A stretch of DNA of 64,000 bases from Squalus acanthias (taxonomy: Eukaryota): positions 58,716,001 through 58,780,000 of the forward strand of contig CM059432.1 of assembly GCA_030390025.1 (NCBI GenBank). Direction: 5' to 3'. A program made the position numbers and the translations under genes. Positions 14,501 through 26,991 of this stretch are shown one piece after another. The notes beneath the pieces are model-generated. The model was not told where the DNA came from, ran no database searches, and worked only from the letters and a program-made list of their open reading frames with translations. Positions within the stretch are counted from its first letter, which is position 1. Each line of letters begins with the position of its first letter.

Positions 14501-14831
14501 TCTGCACTGAACTTGGCATTTTTGTTTAAAAAAAAAAAAATAGGCTAAGCTTAACTAGAGTGATATGATTCTGGGACTTTATGCTTTTTTTTCCCCCTCA
14601 CCAGGGTTTTGGGAACTCTTGGTTTTTATTAGTCAGAATTGAGAGCAGCCATGATGCAACTCTTTAAAATGCTTAAAACATATGGATAACTTACAGGTAC
14701 TATAAACTAGATATTTAAATTATGCTTGTAGCACTAGAGGACACAAATATAAAGTTAACCAATTTCAAGTGCTACAAGATCAGAAGAAATCTTCCCCTCC
14801 GAAGCCATGGTAAATGGTACAAGCAATATAA

Positions 14832-15246
14832 TTTTTTTTTATTCATTCACTGGATGTGGACGTTACCAGTAAGGCCAGCATTTATTGATCCATAATTGCC
14901 CTCGAAGGTGGTGGTGAGCCGCCGCCTTGAATACAGCCGAGTGGCTCGCTAGGCCATTTCAGAGGGCAGTTAAGAGTCAACCACATTGCTGTGGGTCTGG
15001 AGTCACATATAGGCCAGACCAGGTAAGGACGGCAGATTTCCTTCCCTAAAGGACATCAGTGAACCAGATGGGTTTTTACGGCATTCTGGTAGTTTCATGG
15101 TCACCATTACTAGCGTTCTTTTTGTTCCAGATTTATTATTTAACTGTATTTAAGTTCCCCGGCTGCCATGATGGGATTTGAACTCATGTCTGCGGATTGT
15201 TGGTCCAGACCTCTAGATTACATAACATAACCACTATGCTACTGCA
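14832..15246 (-). mobile_element. tRNA-derived SINE whose 3' tail matches the LINE family at 38830-40298
   Basis: Minus head agcatagtggtt (A box) and gagttcaaatc (B box); tail gggcaatta..caataaatgctggcctt..cacatcc..aatgaataaaaaaa. Confidence 0.8.
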
Positions 15247-15766
15247 ACATATAATTGTATTAAAATTTTTTTTAAAGAAAAGGTAAAAATGAATTAGAGG
15301 TAGGTTTGAATTTAGCTAAATAAATATTGTGATAAACTATAATGCTGGGATTGTGGAACTGTCACCTGTGAAATGTATCTTCTCGGTTGGATAATGTAAG
15401 TTGCCATATTAGACGGGCATACTGGAGTTTTGGTAGATCAGAGAAATTCAGTGATTTATATTGGAAGTTTTGCCTGTGGATTATTTATCTGAGGAAGTGA
15501 AATAAGTAAGTTGGAGAGTGTTGTTACAGTGCAAATCCAAAGTGATCTTTTGAAATGAATGACCTTCCTTCGTGCTATACTATCTAGCGCTCTTTCCAAG
15601 TAATGAATGTGTGCTTTCAGTAAGTGGAAACATTTTTCAGGATGAAATAACTTTTTTGTTTAATGGTGCTAAGAGCAAGATACTGAAGTACTAAATGTAC
15701 TAAATAACAACAGAAAACGCTGGAAAAACTCAGCAGGCCAGGCAGCATCCGTGGAGAGAGAAAGAG

Positions 15767-15803
15767 AGTTGACGTTTCAGGTCGATGACCTTTCATCAGA
15801 ACT
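15767..15803 (-). ncRNA. Minimal type I hammerhead ribozyme motif (family A), GUC cleavage triplet
   Basis: Minus strand AGTT-CTGATGA-A-AGGTC-ATC-GACCT-GAAA-CG-TC-AACT: core, 5-bp stem II, 4-bp stem I, palindromic ACGT stem III. Confidence 0.75.
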
Positions 15804-16710
15804 GGGAAGAGCTGGAAATCAAATAGATTTAAGGCCAGGGTAAAGCTGGGAAAAGGGGGAGGGGATAAAGGAACAAAGGAGGAGATGAAGAGACATTGAG
15901 AGACATTAAGAGATATGCAAGGCTAGAGGTGGTGTTAATGTGACAGATTAAGGCTGAATGAAGTGTGAAATCTACTGGCAGAATGAAGGACAGCTGCCAG
16001 CTTCTAGGAGGAAAAAAAAAGGTGGGGGGGACAAATAAAAGGGTAGATAAAATAAAATATAAATGTGATTGGAGCTGAGGTTATGATCTAAAATTGTTGA
16101 ACTCGATATTGAGTCCAGAGGGCTGTAGCGTGCCTAAACGAAAGATGAGGTGCTGTTCCTCGAGCTTACGCTGAGCTTCCGTGGAACAGTGTATTAGGCC
16201 GAGGACGGTGAGGTCAGAGTGGGAGTGAAGCGGTGAATTAAAGTGACAGGCCACCGGGAGCTCGGGGTCCCCCTTACGGACTGAACGGAGGTGTTCCGCA
16301 AAGCGGTCACCCAATCTGCGTTTGGTCTCCCCAATGTAGAGGAGTCCACATCGTGAGCAGCGAATACAGTATACTAAATTGCAGGAAGTACAAGTAAATC
16401 GCTGTTTCACCTGGAAGGGGTGTTTGGGGCCCTGGACAGTGGGAAGAGGGGAGGTATAAGGGCATGTGTTGCATCTCCTGCGCGTGCACGGGAAGGTGCC
16501 GGGCGAAGGGGAAGGGGTGCGGGGGGTGGTAGAGGAGTGGACTAGGGTGTGCGGAGGGAGCGGTCCCTGCGGAATGCTGAAAGGGGAGTGAGGGGAAGAT
16601 GTGTTTGGTGGTGGGATCAGCTGGAGGTGGCGAAATGGCGGAGGATGATCCGTTGAATGTGGAGCTGGTGGGGTGAAAGGTGAGACAAGGGGAACCCTAT
16701 CGTGGTTCCG

Positions 16711-17009
16711 NNNNNNNNNNNNNNNNNNNNNNNNNNNNNNNNNNNNNNNNNNNNNNNNNNNNNNNNNNNNNNNNNNNNNNNNNNNNNNNNNNNNNNNNNN
16801 NNNNNNNNNNNNNNNNNNNNNNNNNNNNNNNNNNNNNNNNNNNNNNNNNNNNNNNNNNNNNNNNNNNNNNNNNNNNNNNNNNNNNNNNNNNNNNNNNNNN
16901 NNNNNNNNNNNNNNNNNNNNNNNNNNNNNNNNNNNNNNNNNNNNNNNNNNNNNNNNNNNNNNNNNNNNNNNNNNNNNNNNNNNNNNNNNNNNNNNNNNNN
17001 NNNNNNNNN
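16711..17009. other. Assembly gap (299 N)
   Basis: Run of N. Confidence 1.
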
Positions 17010-17299
17010 TGTGCAAGATACTGAAGTACTAAATGTACTAAATGTTTGAAACCCAAAATGTTTGCCTTTTGTAGATTTGAAATGGGAAGTCATTTTTGTG
17101 ACTCCATATTTATTCATTGTTTTGAATCTCAATCTCTTTCTCTGTCCCTTAACAACTTTTCTAGATTCATTCCATTTTATGTTTTATTTGTTCAAAAAAT
17201 GCTAATATTGTAGAAGTCTGATTCTACTTTCTATTGAAACTTTGTGGACATTTCTTTGTAGATGGAATCATAGAAATTTCAGAAGGAGGCCATTCAGGT

Positions 17300-18349
17300 C
17301 ATAAGGACATAAATAAGAGCAGGAGTAGGCCATTAGGCCCATCGATCCTGCTCTGCCATTCAATAAGATCATGGCTGATCTTCCTCCACTCCACTTTCAT
17401 GCACTATCCCCATATCCTTTGATTCCCTTAATATCCAAAAATGTATCGATCTCTGCCCTGAATATACTCTGACTGAGCCTCCACAGCCCTCTGGGGTAGA
17501 GAATTCCAAAGATTCACCATCCTGAGTGAAAAAATTTCTCATCTCTGTCCTAAATGGCCAACCCCTTATTCTGAGACTGTGACCCCTGTTTCTAGAATCC
17601 CCAGCCAGGGGAAACATCCTCCCTGCATCTACCCTGTCGAGCCCTGTAAGAATTTTATGTTTCAATGAGATCACCTCTCATTCTTCTAAACTCTAGAGAA
17701 TATAGGCCTAGTCTACTCAAACTCTCCTCATAGGACAATCCCCCCATCCCAGGAATCAGTCTGGTGGACCTTCGTTGCACTCCCTCTCTGGCAAGTATAT
17801 CCTTCCTTGGGCAAGGAGACCAAAATTGTACACAATACTCCAGGTGTGGTCTCACCAGGGCCCTATATAATTGCAGTAAGATGTCTTTACTCTTATACTC
17901 CAATCCTTTTGTAATATAGGCCGACATACCATTTGCTTTCCTAATTGCTTGCTGTACCTGCATGTTAACTTTGTGATTCGTGTACAAGGACACCCAGGTC
18001 CCTCTGAACACCAACATTTCCCAATCTCTCACCATTTAAAAAATACTCTTTTTTTCTATTTTTCCTACCAAAGTGGGTAACTTCACATTTCTCCACATTA
18101 TATTCCACTTGCCATGTTCTTGCCCAGTCGCTTAACCTGTCTATATCCCCTTGCAGCCTCTTTGCATCCTCCTCACAACTTACATTCCCACCTAGTTTTG
18201 TATCATCAGCAAACTTGGATATATTACATTTGGTCCCCTCATCCAAATCATTGATATAGATTGTGAATAGCTGAGGCCCAAGCACTGATCCTTGTGGTAC
18301 CCCACTAGTTACAGCCTGCCAACCTGGAAATGACCCGTTTATTCCTACT
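17300..18349 (-). mobile_element. CR1 LINE, 5'-truncated
   Basis: Minus ORFs [49 protein letters not shown]1 3' UTR. Confidence 0.95.
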
Positions 18350-19304
18350 AGGTGTCTATGCTGGTGTAATTTTGCATATTGGAGCTATCTAGTTTAACTC
18401 CATTTCCCTGTCCAGTGCAGTGTTTAATTCCCACTTAAATGCCTTCATTGAACTTGGCTTAAATAGCCACTTGCAGTAATGCATTCTGTATTCTAGAAAC
18501 CCTTTGGGCAGAAAAATATTCTAATCTCTCCCTTCATGCTTGCACTATTCTGTGATGCATTTTTTAAGTTGGAAAGTTGCTTGTGACAGAATTTCCTATT
18601 GAATGTTCTGCAAGCACTTGGAATTGAAGTGCTACACTATCAAACACAGGATCCAGGACCTGTATGCTGTGGAGATGCCAAATCCAAATAGCAGCACAAT
18701 GAAAGGCCACTTATTGTTTGTGGACAGAAGAGAGCTCTTCTCGCAGAGTAGTCTGCTACTTTTCTTAATGTTGTTTTTGTGCGTCATTTTTCTGAATGAC
18801 AAACTTCATACTGTAGGGTGGGGTAAGAGAAGCGGTTTGTTATTGAACTAAAAAGCAATGTCTCTACTAGAGCTTATTTCTGCCTCACTGTTCCAAACCT
18901 CTGCTAGTATGAACCATTTTCTAATTGATTAAAACTAAATCAGCTGTACTTTTTTCTTTTTCTTATTTATGTGACATTCAAAACCTCTATTAAATTAGAT
19001 TCATTTTCTCATTAGCGTTGCAAATTTGTTTAAAGTAAATGCTAAAAAGATTAATGGAGCAGTATTACTGGAAGGTACCTATTCTTCCAGACTGATTTAT
19101 GACTGCTACTTTGTTCAACTCCATTGAATTACTTAAAGGAGGGGGGGGGGGGGGATGGGAAGAGTTTAGGAGCAGAACTACTCTCTTTTCCATCCCCTCC
19201 CATTCTATGGTCCAAAAAAATAGTGCCAGAAGAGTTGACCTTGCTGGGTGTTTTTTTTACCCCTCCGAATTGAGATCAACAGGTGAAGTCAGTTCTTTTT
19301 CTCT

Positions 19305-20105
19305 GGCTCTCCAGTGCCTCTATATCCTTTTTATAATATGGTGACCAGAACTGTACACAGTATTCTTAAGTGTGGTCTAACCAAGGTTTGATACAGGTTT
19401 AGCATAACTTCCCTACTCTTCAATTCTATCTCTCTCTAGAAATAAACCCTAGTGCTTGGTTTGCTTTTTTTATGGCCTTGCTAACCTACGTCACAACTTT
19501 CAGTGATTTGTGTATTTGTACTCCGAGATCACTTTGTTCCTCTACCCCACCTAGACTCGCACCCTCCAAGTAATAGTGACCCCTCTATTCTTCCTACCAA
19601 AATGTAATACCTCACATTTATCTGTGTTGAACTTCATTTGCCAATTATATGCCCATTCTGCAAGTTTATTAATGTCCTCCTGTAACTTGTTGCAGTCCTC
19701 CTCAGTATTGACTCTCTTCCGCCCCCCCCCCCCCCCAAAAATTTGGTGTCAAAGAAAGTGTGTTTTTGATTCCTAAGTCTAAATCGTTAATGTAAATTGT
19801 GAACAGCAGTGGTCCCAGCGCTGATCCTTGTGGAACACCACACCCACCTTCTGCCACTGTGAATAGCTACCCTTTACTCCTACTCTTTGCTTTCTGTCCT
19901 GAAGCCAGCCAGCAATCTATTCTGCTACTTGTCCCCTGACTCTGCTTTCTCTGACCTTATTCATCAGTCTATTATGGGGTAGCTTATTGAAGGCCTTTTG
20001 CAAATCCAGATAAATTACATCTACTGCATTACCAGTGTTTACTCTCTGTTACCTCTTCAATAAATTCAATAAGGTTGGTCAAGCAAGTCTTTCCCTTTTG
20101 AAATC
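19305..20105 (-). mobile_element. CR1 RT fragment
   Basis: Reverse complement encodes [18 protein letters not shown] and TLVRP motifs; similar to 46300-47070. Confidence 0.85.
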
Positions 20106-20304
20106 CTTTGAATAATAAATGGAAGAATACCCATGCATAACAAAATGTCCCTACTTTTGTTGAATTATTTAAAAATCTTTGTTAGCTTGAATCTATTTGT
20201 AGGTTTTTAAAAAAGAAAAACAAATCTGGAAAATGTGAATGTTAAAGATTAATTAACTGGTCCAATATATTACTAAATGGTGCTGTTACTACCTGCTTCC
20301 AACT

Positions 20305-20692
20305 ATAGGGAGCTCTAAAATTTGTTATTTTGAGATCTGAGTCTGAGATTAGTGGTGGGGGACTGAGTTGAGTTGGGGATTGGGGAGGAGTCGTAGATCG
20401 CCGGGGGGCGGGTGAGGTTTGGCCGATCATGGGGTTTGTAAAGCGGTTTGCTTGTTGGGCCTAGAGGAAACGCTCCTGTTTCTGCTGGCCCACAAACAGT
20501 GCTGTAAATGCATTTGCCGCCTTTTGCATGCTGGCATTCTCGAGCCCTGGTAAACCTGCCCTCCATGGCTTTTAAAATTTTTTTTTTTTAAATCCTGTTA
20601 AAATGGAGACATGCTGCCTCCTTTTTAAAAGCTTTTACTGACTGACCGACCGGCCTCCTGAGAGTGGATTGGTCGCCCGTCTTTCTCTTTCT

Positions 20693-20724
<32 letters not shown>

Positions 20725-20837
20725 CCCTGTCCAGCCTTCGTTAAAACTGGAAGGAGGCGGGTTGGGTTTGAGATTTTTAACATTTCTACTCCCCACCCGC
20801 CCACAACCCACCGATCCTTGGGGTTTAAAATGCCCCC
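20305..20837. mobile_element. Probable non-autonomous DNA transposon (Harbinger-type terminus)
   Basis: GC-rich block ending gggtttaaaatgccccc; its interior recurs at 21182-21420; left end uncertain. Confidence 0.5.
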
Positions 20838-21181
20838 CTGTGTGTCAGTTCAAGCCAGCTGTCAGCTGGAGTCTAACTTGTCTATTGTGTGATGTGGATT
20901 AAGAGTGTTGATGCTTTGTGTTGCTAAAAGCAGTGTCCTGGTTTGTTATCTGAAGCCTGGGATGAGATAATCACTGCCCTATTATTTAATGACTCATTCT
21001 TTATAATAAAATGCATTGCTTAATCTTTTGTGCTCTTTATGGAAGGTGGATGTTAGGGTTGCTGTTTGCCAGGATATACATTTGATTTGAGAGGTTCAGA
21101 TTAAGGTCTAGTGATGAATAGAGTTCCAGGGGCTCTGCATTTAGACCTATTAACTTTTTTGTTTTTGGCAGTTTACCTGCA

Positions 21182-21420
21182 GCAGTACTGTAAATGCACT
21201 TGCCTCCTTTTACATGCTGGAATTCCCGAGTCCCAGGAAACCTGTCCTCCATGGGTTTAAAAATAAAAATCCTGTTAAAATGGAAACACGCCACCTTCAA
21301 AGCTTTTACTGACCGACTGGCCTCCTGAGAGTGGATTGGTCGTCTTTTTTTTGTCCCCCCACCCCTGGTCCAATCTCTGTTAAAAAGCAGAAGAAGGCGG
21401 GTTGGGGTCAAGTTTAAGTC
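21182..21420. repeat. Second partial copy of 20497-20770
   Basis: Shared cagt.ctgtaaatgca, aaatcctgttaaaatgga, ggcctcctgagagtggattggtcg, gttaaaa..gaag.aggcgggttggg. Confidence 0.8.
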
Positions 21421-21499
21421 AGGGAATATGGTCTCTTTCTTGACTATCCCTGTTGTCTTTTGTTTTGCTGTTGCTCTTTCCTTTTCTACGTTCTCGACC

Positions 21500-23010
21500 T
21501 CTCCATTGTTTGTGTTGTCAGGCCACTTGTCCGATATCCAGTCATGAAGGAGCTGTAATTTCTTCCAGTTAAACATTGGGAAGACCAGAGCCATTATCTT
21601 TAGCACTCCTCCCCTACAGACTGTTCCCTCGCTAACGATTCCATGCTCCTCCCCAGCCACTGTCTCGGGCAGCCTCTGCATCCTGTATGACTGAGATTCC
21701 AAACTTATATCCTCTCTATCACAAAGACTTCCACCTCCAGAAAATCATGCATCTCAGTCCCTGCCTCAGCAGACCTCCTGCTGAAACCCTCATACATGCG
21801 TTTGCCACCTCCAGACTCTACTGTTGCAATGCTCTTCTAGCTCGCCTCCCATCTTCCACCCTCCTTTATCAACTCCAGCTCATCCAAAACTCGGTTGCCC
21901 ATATCATAATCCATACTAAGTGCCACTCACTCATCACCCCTTGCATGCTAACCTACATTGGACCCCAGTGCCTAAATGCCTCCAATTTAAAATGAAAAAT
22001 GACCATCCTCGTGTTCAAATCCCTTTTATTGCCGCCTCTTTCTTCCCCCCCCCCCCCCCCCCCCCCCCTTGGCATCTCTGCAACCTCCTCTAGCCCTACA
22101 TCCCTCAGAACTCTGTTCCTCCAGCACTGGCCTCTTGTGCATCCCCCAAAACCTTTGCCCCACTATTGGCAGCTGTGCCTTCAGCCATCTAGGCCCTAAA
22201 CTCTAATTTTCTCCCTATACCCCGTCTCTTTCATCCTTTTTAAGACCCTGCCTAAAACCTACCATTGACCAGAAATTTAACTGGACCAGCCACATAAATA
22301 CTGTGGCAACAAGAGCAGGTCAGAGGCTGGGTATTCTGCGGCGAGTGTCTCACCTCCTGACTCCCCAAAGCCTTTCCACCATCTACAAGGCACAAGTCAG
22401 GAGTGTGATGGAATACTCTCCACTTGCCTGGATGAGTGCAGCTCCAACAACACTCAAGAAGCTCGACACCATCCAGGACAAAGCAGCCCACTTGATTGGC
22501 ACCCCATCCACCACCTTAAGCATTCACTCCCTCCACCACCGGCACACCGTGACTGCAGTGTGTACCATCTACGATATGCACTGCAGCAACTCGCCAAGGC
22601 TTCTTCGACAGCACCTCCCAAACCCGCAACCTCTACCACCTAGAAGGACAAGGGCAGCAGGCGCATGGGAACACCATCCCCTGCAAGTTCTCCAAGTCAC
22701 ACACCATCCTGACTTGGAAATATACCAACATTCCGTCAAAGTCCTGGAACTCCCTCCCTAACCGCACTGTGGGAGTACCTTCACCACACGGACTGCAGGG
22801 GCTCACCACCACCTTCTCGAGGGCAATTCGGGATGGGCAATAAATGCTGGCCTTGCCAGCAATGCCCACATCCCATGAACAAATTTTAAAGAAACTTTGA
22901 CCCCTCCTAATATATCTCTTTGGCTCACTGTCAATTCTTGTCTGATTACGCTTCTGTGATGCACCTTGAGTGTTTTCCTACATTAAAGGTGCTATATAAA
23001 AATGCATGTT
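21500..23010 (+). mobile_element. L2 LINE 3' portion interrupted at ~22260-22892
   Basis: ORF AETLIHAFATSRLYCCNALLARLP..QLIQNS; L2 tail aaaggtgctatataaaaatgca. Confidence 0.8.
22260..22892 (+). mobile_element. Second CR1/L2-group LINE family, 3' fragment
   Basis: ATRAGQRLGILRR..YKAQVRSVMEYSPLAW; near-identical to 39640-40290. Confidence 0.9.
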
Positions 23011-23184
23011 GTTGCCACCTTCTCCCTACCTTTTTGTATGCCTCTCTATCCTCTTCTATTTCTGCCCTTTTTTTTTTCCTTTCATTTCAGGTGCGAGGTG
23101 ATATGTGGTGTGGCAGGGAAAGATGCACATGTTAACCACAAACTGCATTTGCCAGTGGAGGTTGTTGGAAAATGTGGTCCCTGC

Positions 23185-23298
23185 GAATGTTCCCTTTAAT
23201 TTTGTTTTGGCTGCGCGGCCCATTCAAAATACCGCGCATGCACATTTTTTCCTATTTATAAACCAGTGAGCCAGCTGCGCAGCTTAAAGGGAACATTG
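23185..23298. mobile_element. Small MITE with hAT-like TIRs
   Basis: 14-bp perfect inverted repeat aatgttccctttaa / ttaaagggaacatt; no clean 8-bp TSD. Confidence 0.6.
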
Positions 23299-24329
23299 GG
23301 GTCTACCTGCTTGAACCCCTGTATCCTACCCTACCTCTTGCCCCACAATTACTGACTTCACCTTTAACTCTTATCCATTCTACCTCTGTCTCATGGGTGT
23401 TAGCAGTGAGAATGTTTACGTTTTACAGTTGTCAAATTAACATAGATTAGATAATTAGCTTCAAAATTCAACTGGTCATCTTTTGAAATGTGAATTAAAA
23501 TTTGCAGGAAAAGTCGATCTCTGTCTACTTAATGCACCTCATGAAGTTTATGTAACACAAAACAAAAGCTACAATTGGTGTGTAATCAGAAGATTCTTGT
23601 AACATTTTCCCTTGCACACAGCCTCTCTTTCCTTTTTTAAAATAAAAACCCTCAACTCTACCTGAATAAAGCTTTTGAAATTTGTCCTCTAGCTTTACTT
23701 CAGATAATTTTGAAAAACAAACAAAAGTTTGTTCGCGATTGGGAGAGACATGCCATCGTTTGGCTAGCTTAAATCCTGCTGATATAACCATGAAAATTGT
23801 GCGCACTGGACTAGTTCAACTGCAGCACCTACCTTAAACTAACTGCGTCACAGCTCTGGGCAGCAGTCCAAGCCATGGCTTTTGGGAGTGGCTGAGGCCT
23901 TTAAGTAAAAGCTTAAATGAAGGCATTGATGAACATGAGACAATTCAATGGATACTTTTAGTTGTTGTGAAATATGTAAATGTTTGAGGTCTTTAATTTT
24001 GTTAAAATTCTTATTTTGGACATTTGCAATTTCAGTTACTGAGGGAGGAAAATGGCAGTTGATTTTTTTTGGTGATTTTTAGGGAAAAGATAATGCAATG
24101 CCAGCTAGTGGCTGCAGTCTGTAATTACATACTGAGGAGCCAATTGATGCTGGGTTTCTCCATTTTAAATGTGAACACAAATATGTAATAGAAAAAGTTG
24201 ACAAGTGTGACAAAAAAAAAATGACGGCAAGTGCATGCAGATGTATGACTTTGTTTAATAAACTGTATAGATGAATAGTACTATTATTACATTTACATAT
24301 TAACTAAAAATACTTTCTGTTCTATTACA

Positions 24330-25100
24330 CTTCTCCTAAATGCCCCAAAGTGCTTCAGGCAATCTTGAAGTGAAGTGACTGCTGTTTCTGTGCAAATGTA
24401 ACTACTGTTTTGCAAATCTCCAATGAATGACCAGTTAATCTGCTTTTGGTAGTAGTGGTGGTTGTTGAGGGAGGAATGACGTCCAGAATTTCTTACTCTG
24501 TTTTAAATAATGCTGTACGATCTTGTGTCCACGTGAATAGACTTGGTTAGTGTCTCATCTGAAGGATGGAACCTCCAGCAATGCAGCAGTGTCTTAGTGC
24601 TGCACTGATTGTCAGCCTAGATTGTGCGCTCAGGTCCTGGAGTAGGGCTTGAATCCACAATCTTCTGACTTGGAGAAAGAAAACAATAAAGACTTGCATT
24701 TATATAGCACCTTTCACGACCACTGGAAGTCCCAAAGTACTTTACAGCCAATAAAGTACTTTTTGAAGTGTAGTCACTGTAGGAAACGCAGCAGCCAATT
24801 TGTGCGCAGCAAGCTCCCACAAGCAGCAATATGATAATGACCAGGTAATCTGTTTCTAAGTGATGTTGATTAAGGAATAACTCCCCTACTCTTCGAAATA
24901 GTGCCATGGGATCTTTTACATCCACCTGAGAGCAGACGGGGCCTCGGTTTAACGACTCACCCGAAAAACAGCACCTCCGACAGTGCAGCACTCCCACAGC
25001 ACTGCATTGGAGAGTCAGCCGAGATTTTTGTGCTCCAGACTCTGGACTGGCATTTGAACCCACAACCGTTTGACTCTGAGGCAAGAGTGCTGCCAAATGA
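24330..25100 (-). mobile_element. Two adjacent SacSINE1-like SINEs (older 24330-24672, younger 24677-25100)
   Basis: Reverse complement of the 8570-8978 motifs (gtgccatgggatcttttacatccacc, ttgaacccacaacc, gacttgcatttatatagcacc). Confidence 0.8.
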
Positions 25101-25117
25101 GCAAAACTACCATTTTT

Positions 25118-25805
25118 ATAGAATCATAGAAGTTTACAGCACAGGAGGAGGCCATTCGGTCCATTGTGTCTGTGCTGGCTGAAAAAGAACTATCCAGCCT
25201 AATCCCACTTTCCAGCTCTTGATCTGTAGCCTTGTCGGTTACGGCACTTCAAGTGCATATCCAAGTACAGTTTAAATGTGATGAGGGTTTCTGCCTCTAC
25301 CAGCCTTTCAGGCAGTGAGTTCCAGACCCCCACCACCCTCCTGGGTGAAATTTATTTTCCTCAACTCCCCTCTAATCCTTCTACTAATTGCTTTAAATCG
25401 ATGCCCCTGGTTATTGTCTCCTCTGCTAAGGGAAATAGGTCCTTCCTAGCCACTCTACCTAGGCACTCAATATTTTATACACCTTAATTAAATCTCCCCT
25501 CAGCCTCCTGTTCCAAAGAAAACAACCCCAGTCTATCTCTAATCCTGGCAACATCCTCATAAATCTCCTCTGTACCCTCTCTAATGCAATCGCATCTTTC
25601 CTGTAATGTGGTGACCAGAACTGTACACAGTACTCTAGCTGTGGCCTAACTAGTGTTTTATATGGTTCTAGCAGAACCTCCCTGCTCTTATAGTCCATGC
25701 CTCGAAAGTATCCCGTATGCCGCCTTAACCATTTTATCTACCTGTCCTACTGCTTTCAGGGGTCTGTAGACATGCACTCCAAGGTTCCTCTGTGCCTCTA
25801 CACTT
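25118..25805 (-). mobile_element. CR1 LINE 3' fragment
   Basis: Minus ORF YKTLVRPQLEYCVQFWSPHYRKDAIALERVQRRF; atagaatcatagaa tail. Confidence 0.9.
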
Positions 25806-26991
25806 CTGATACAGCAATGTGTGCAAGGGTTGGTAAGGAGGAGATTAGTTTTGAAAACTGATTTTTAAGTGAATGGACTCAAATGGCAAATGTCATTGAA
25901 TGTGGCGAAGTGCTGTGTTATGCACATTGGACCATGGGACCAGTGTAACTTGGTGTATGCCTATTCCACACAAGGATGCTCATTAAAAGTAACACAGCAG
26001 GAAACTATGCACATGAAAAAACCATAGCAGCAAAGGGTCTTTGGGGACAGTCATTAACGACACATTTAAAAAATCACGAGAAATGTGAGGCAGCTATAAG
26101 GAAAGAATTTCTTAAAGATTAATATATCATCTGCACTTGTAATGTTGTGGCCAGTTTGCTCTCCCCCTCCTCCCCCCCCCCCCCCCCCCCATATCCCCCA
26201 TTGTTGTAATTCCAATTCTTTTGATGGATTATTGCCTTGGCATGAATCATAGGATCATCTCTGAAGCTTGGTAAATTTGTCCTGGTCACTTTTTTGGTGT
26301 TGCTATAACATGATTGGCAACAGTCTGGCATTGAGCAATAAATGATCTTCCAAAACTCTCTTCATTCAGGAATTGTCCCCTTGGATTGGAAAATTGCCCA
26401 TGTCACTCCATTATTTAAGAAGGGTAGGAGAGGTAAACTAGGAAATTATAGGCCTAATAGTATTCTATTGTGGGGAAGTTATTGGAGACAAAGGTCACGA
26501 AATTCAACCCCGTAGCACCTGTAGTTTTGGCAGTTTTAAAATTTAAAAATGGCGTCCGCCTCACTTCTGGCATAGCCCTCTCTGTTCGCCATCTTGGTGA
26601 GGGCGATAGCACGGGGCTGTGCATGCGCTGGCAGTATGCAGAGTAGGCAGATCGTGACGTCAGTCAGCGTGTAACGCTGATTTGATGCACGACCTACAAT
26701 TTTCGACATTGCCGCTCCATTCAACGCCCACTCCTAAACACGCACAGCTGAAAGTGCATTCAGATGCATGAGCGACCCCCCCCCCCCCCCCACCAGCGCT
26801 AGTTAAAGGGATACATCTAACTTGCAGGTAAGTTGCTTATTGCTTTTGTACTGGATCTTGCAGAGTTTGTTGGAGTACTGGGTTGCTGTAAGAGATTTGA
26901 AAAGTTGTTGGTGTGCAGGGAATGCTGCTGCACGTTGGGAAGGCGTTTGCTGCTACTGGAAGGCCTCTGAGAACGCCACTTGCTCCCTGTC

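Larger units (their letters stand above)
15706..17012 (-). mobile_element. Penelope-like retroelement (3' repeat plus GIY-YIG endonuclease end; remainder in gap)
   Basis: Minus ORF RVPLV..CTRRRCNTC..FTCTSCNLVYCIRCSRCGLLYIGETKRRLGDRFAEH..VACHFN..EQHLIFRLGTLQPSGLNIEF* (stop 16081); CpG-rich; 31-bp direct repeats flank it. Confidence 0.92.

Noticed and set aside
16617..17132. Long ORFs in all frames
   Set aside because: Artefacts of translating the N gap
20693..20721. Long C/G homopolymers (also ~19141, 22045, 26170, 60879) as G-quadruplex elements
   Set aside because: Mostly simple expansions within repeats; no evidence of function and lengths are error-prone
21037..21702. 221-aa minus-strand ORF
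   Set aside because: Crosses an antisense L2 piece and a repeat fragment; no recognisable domain
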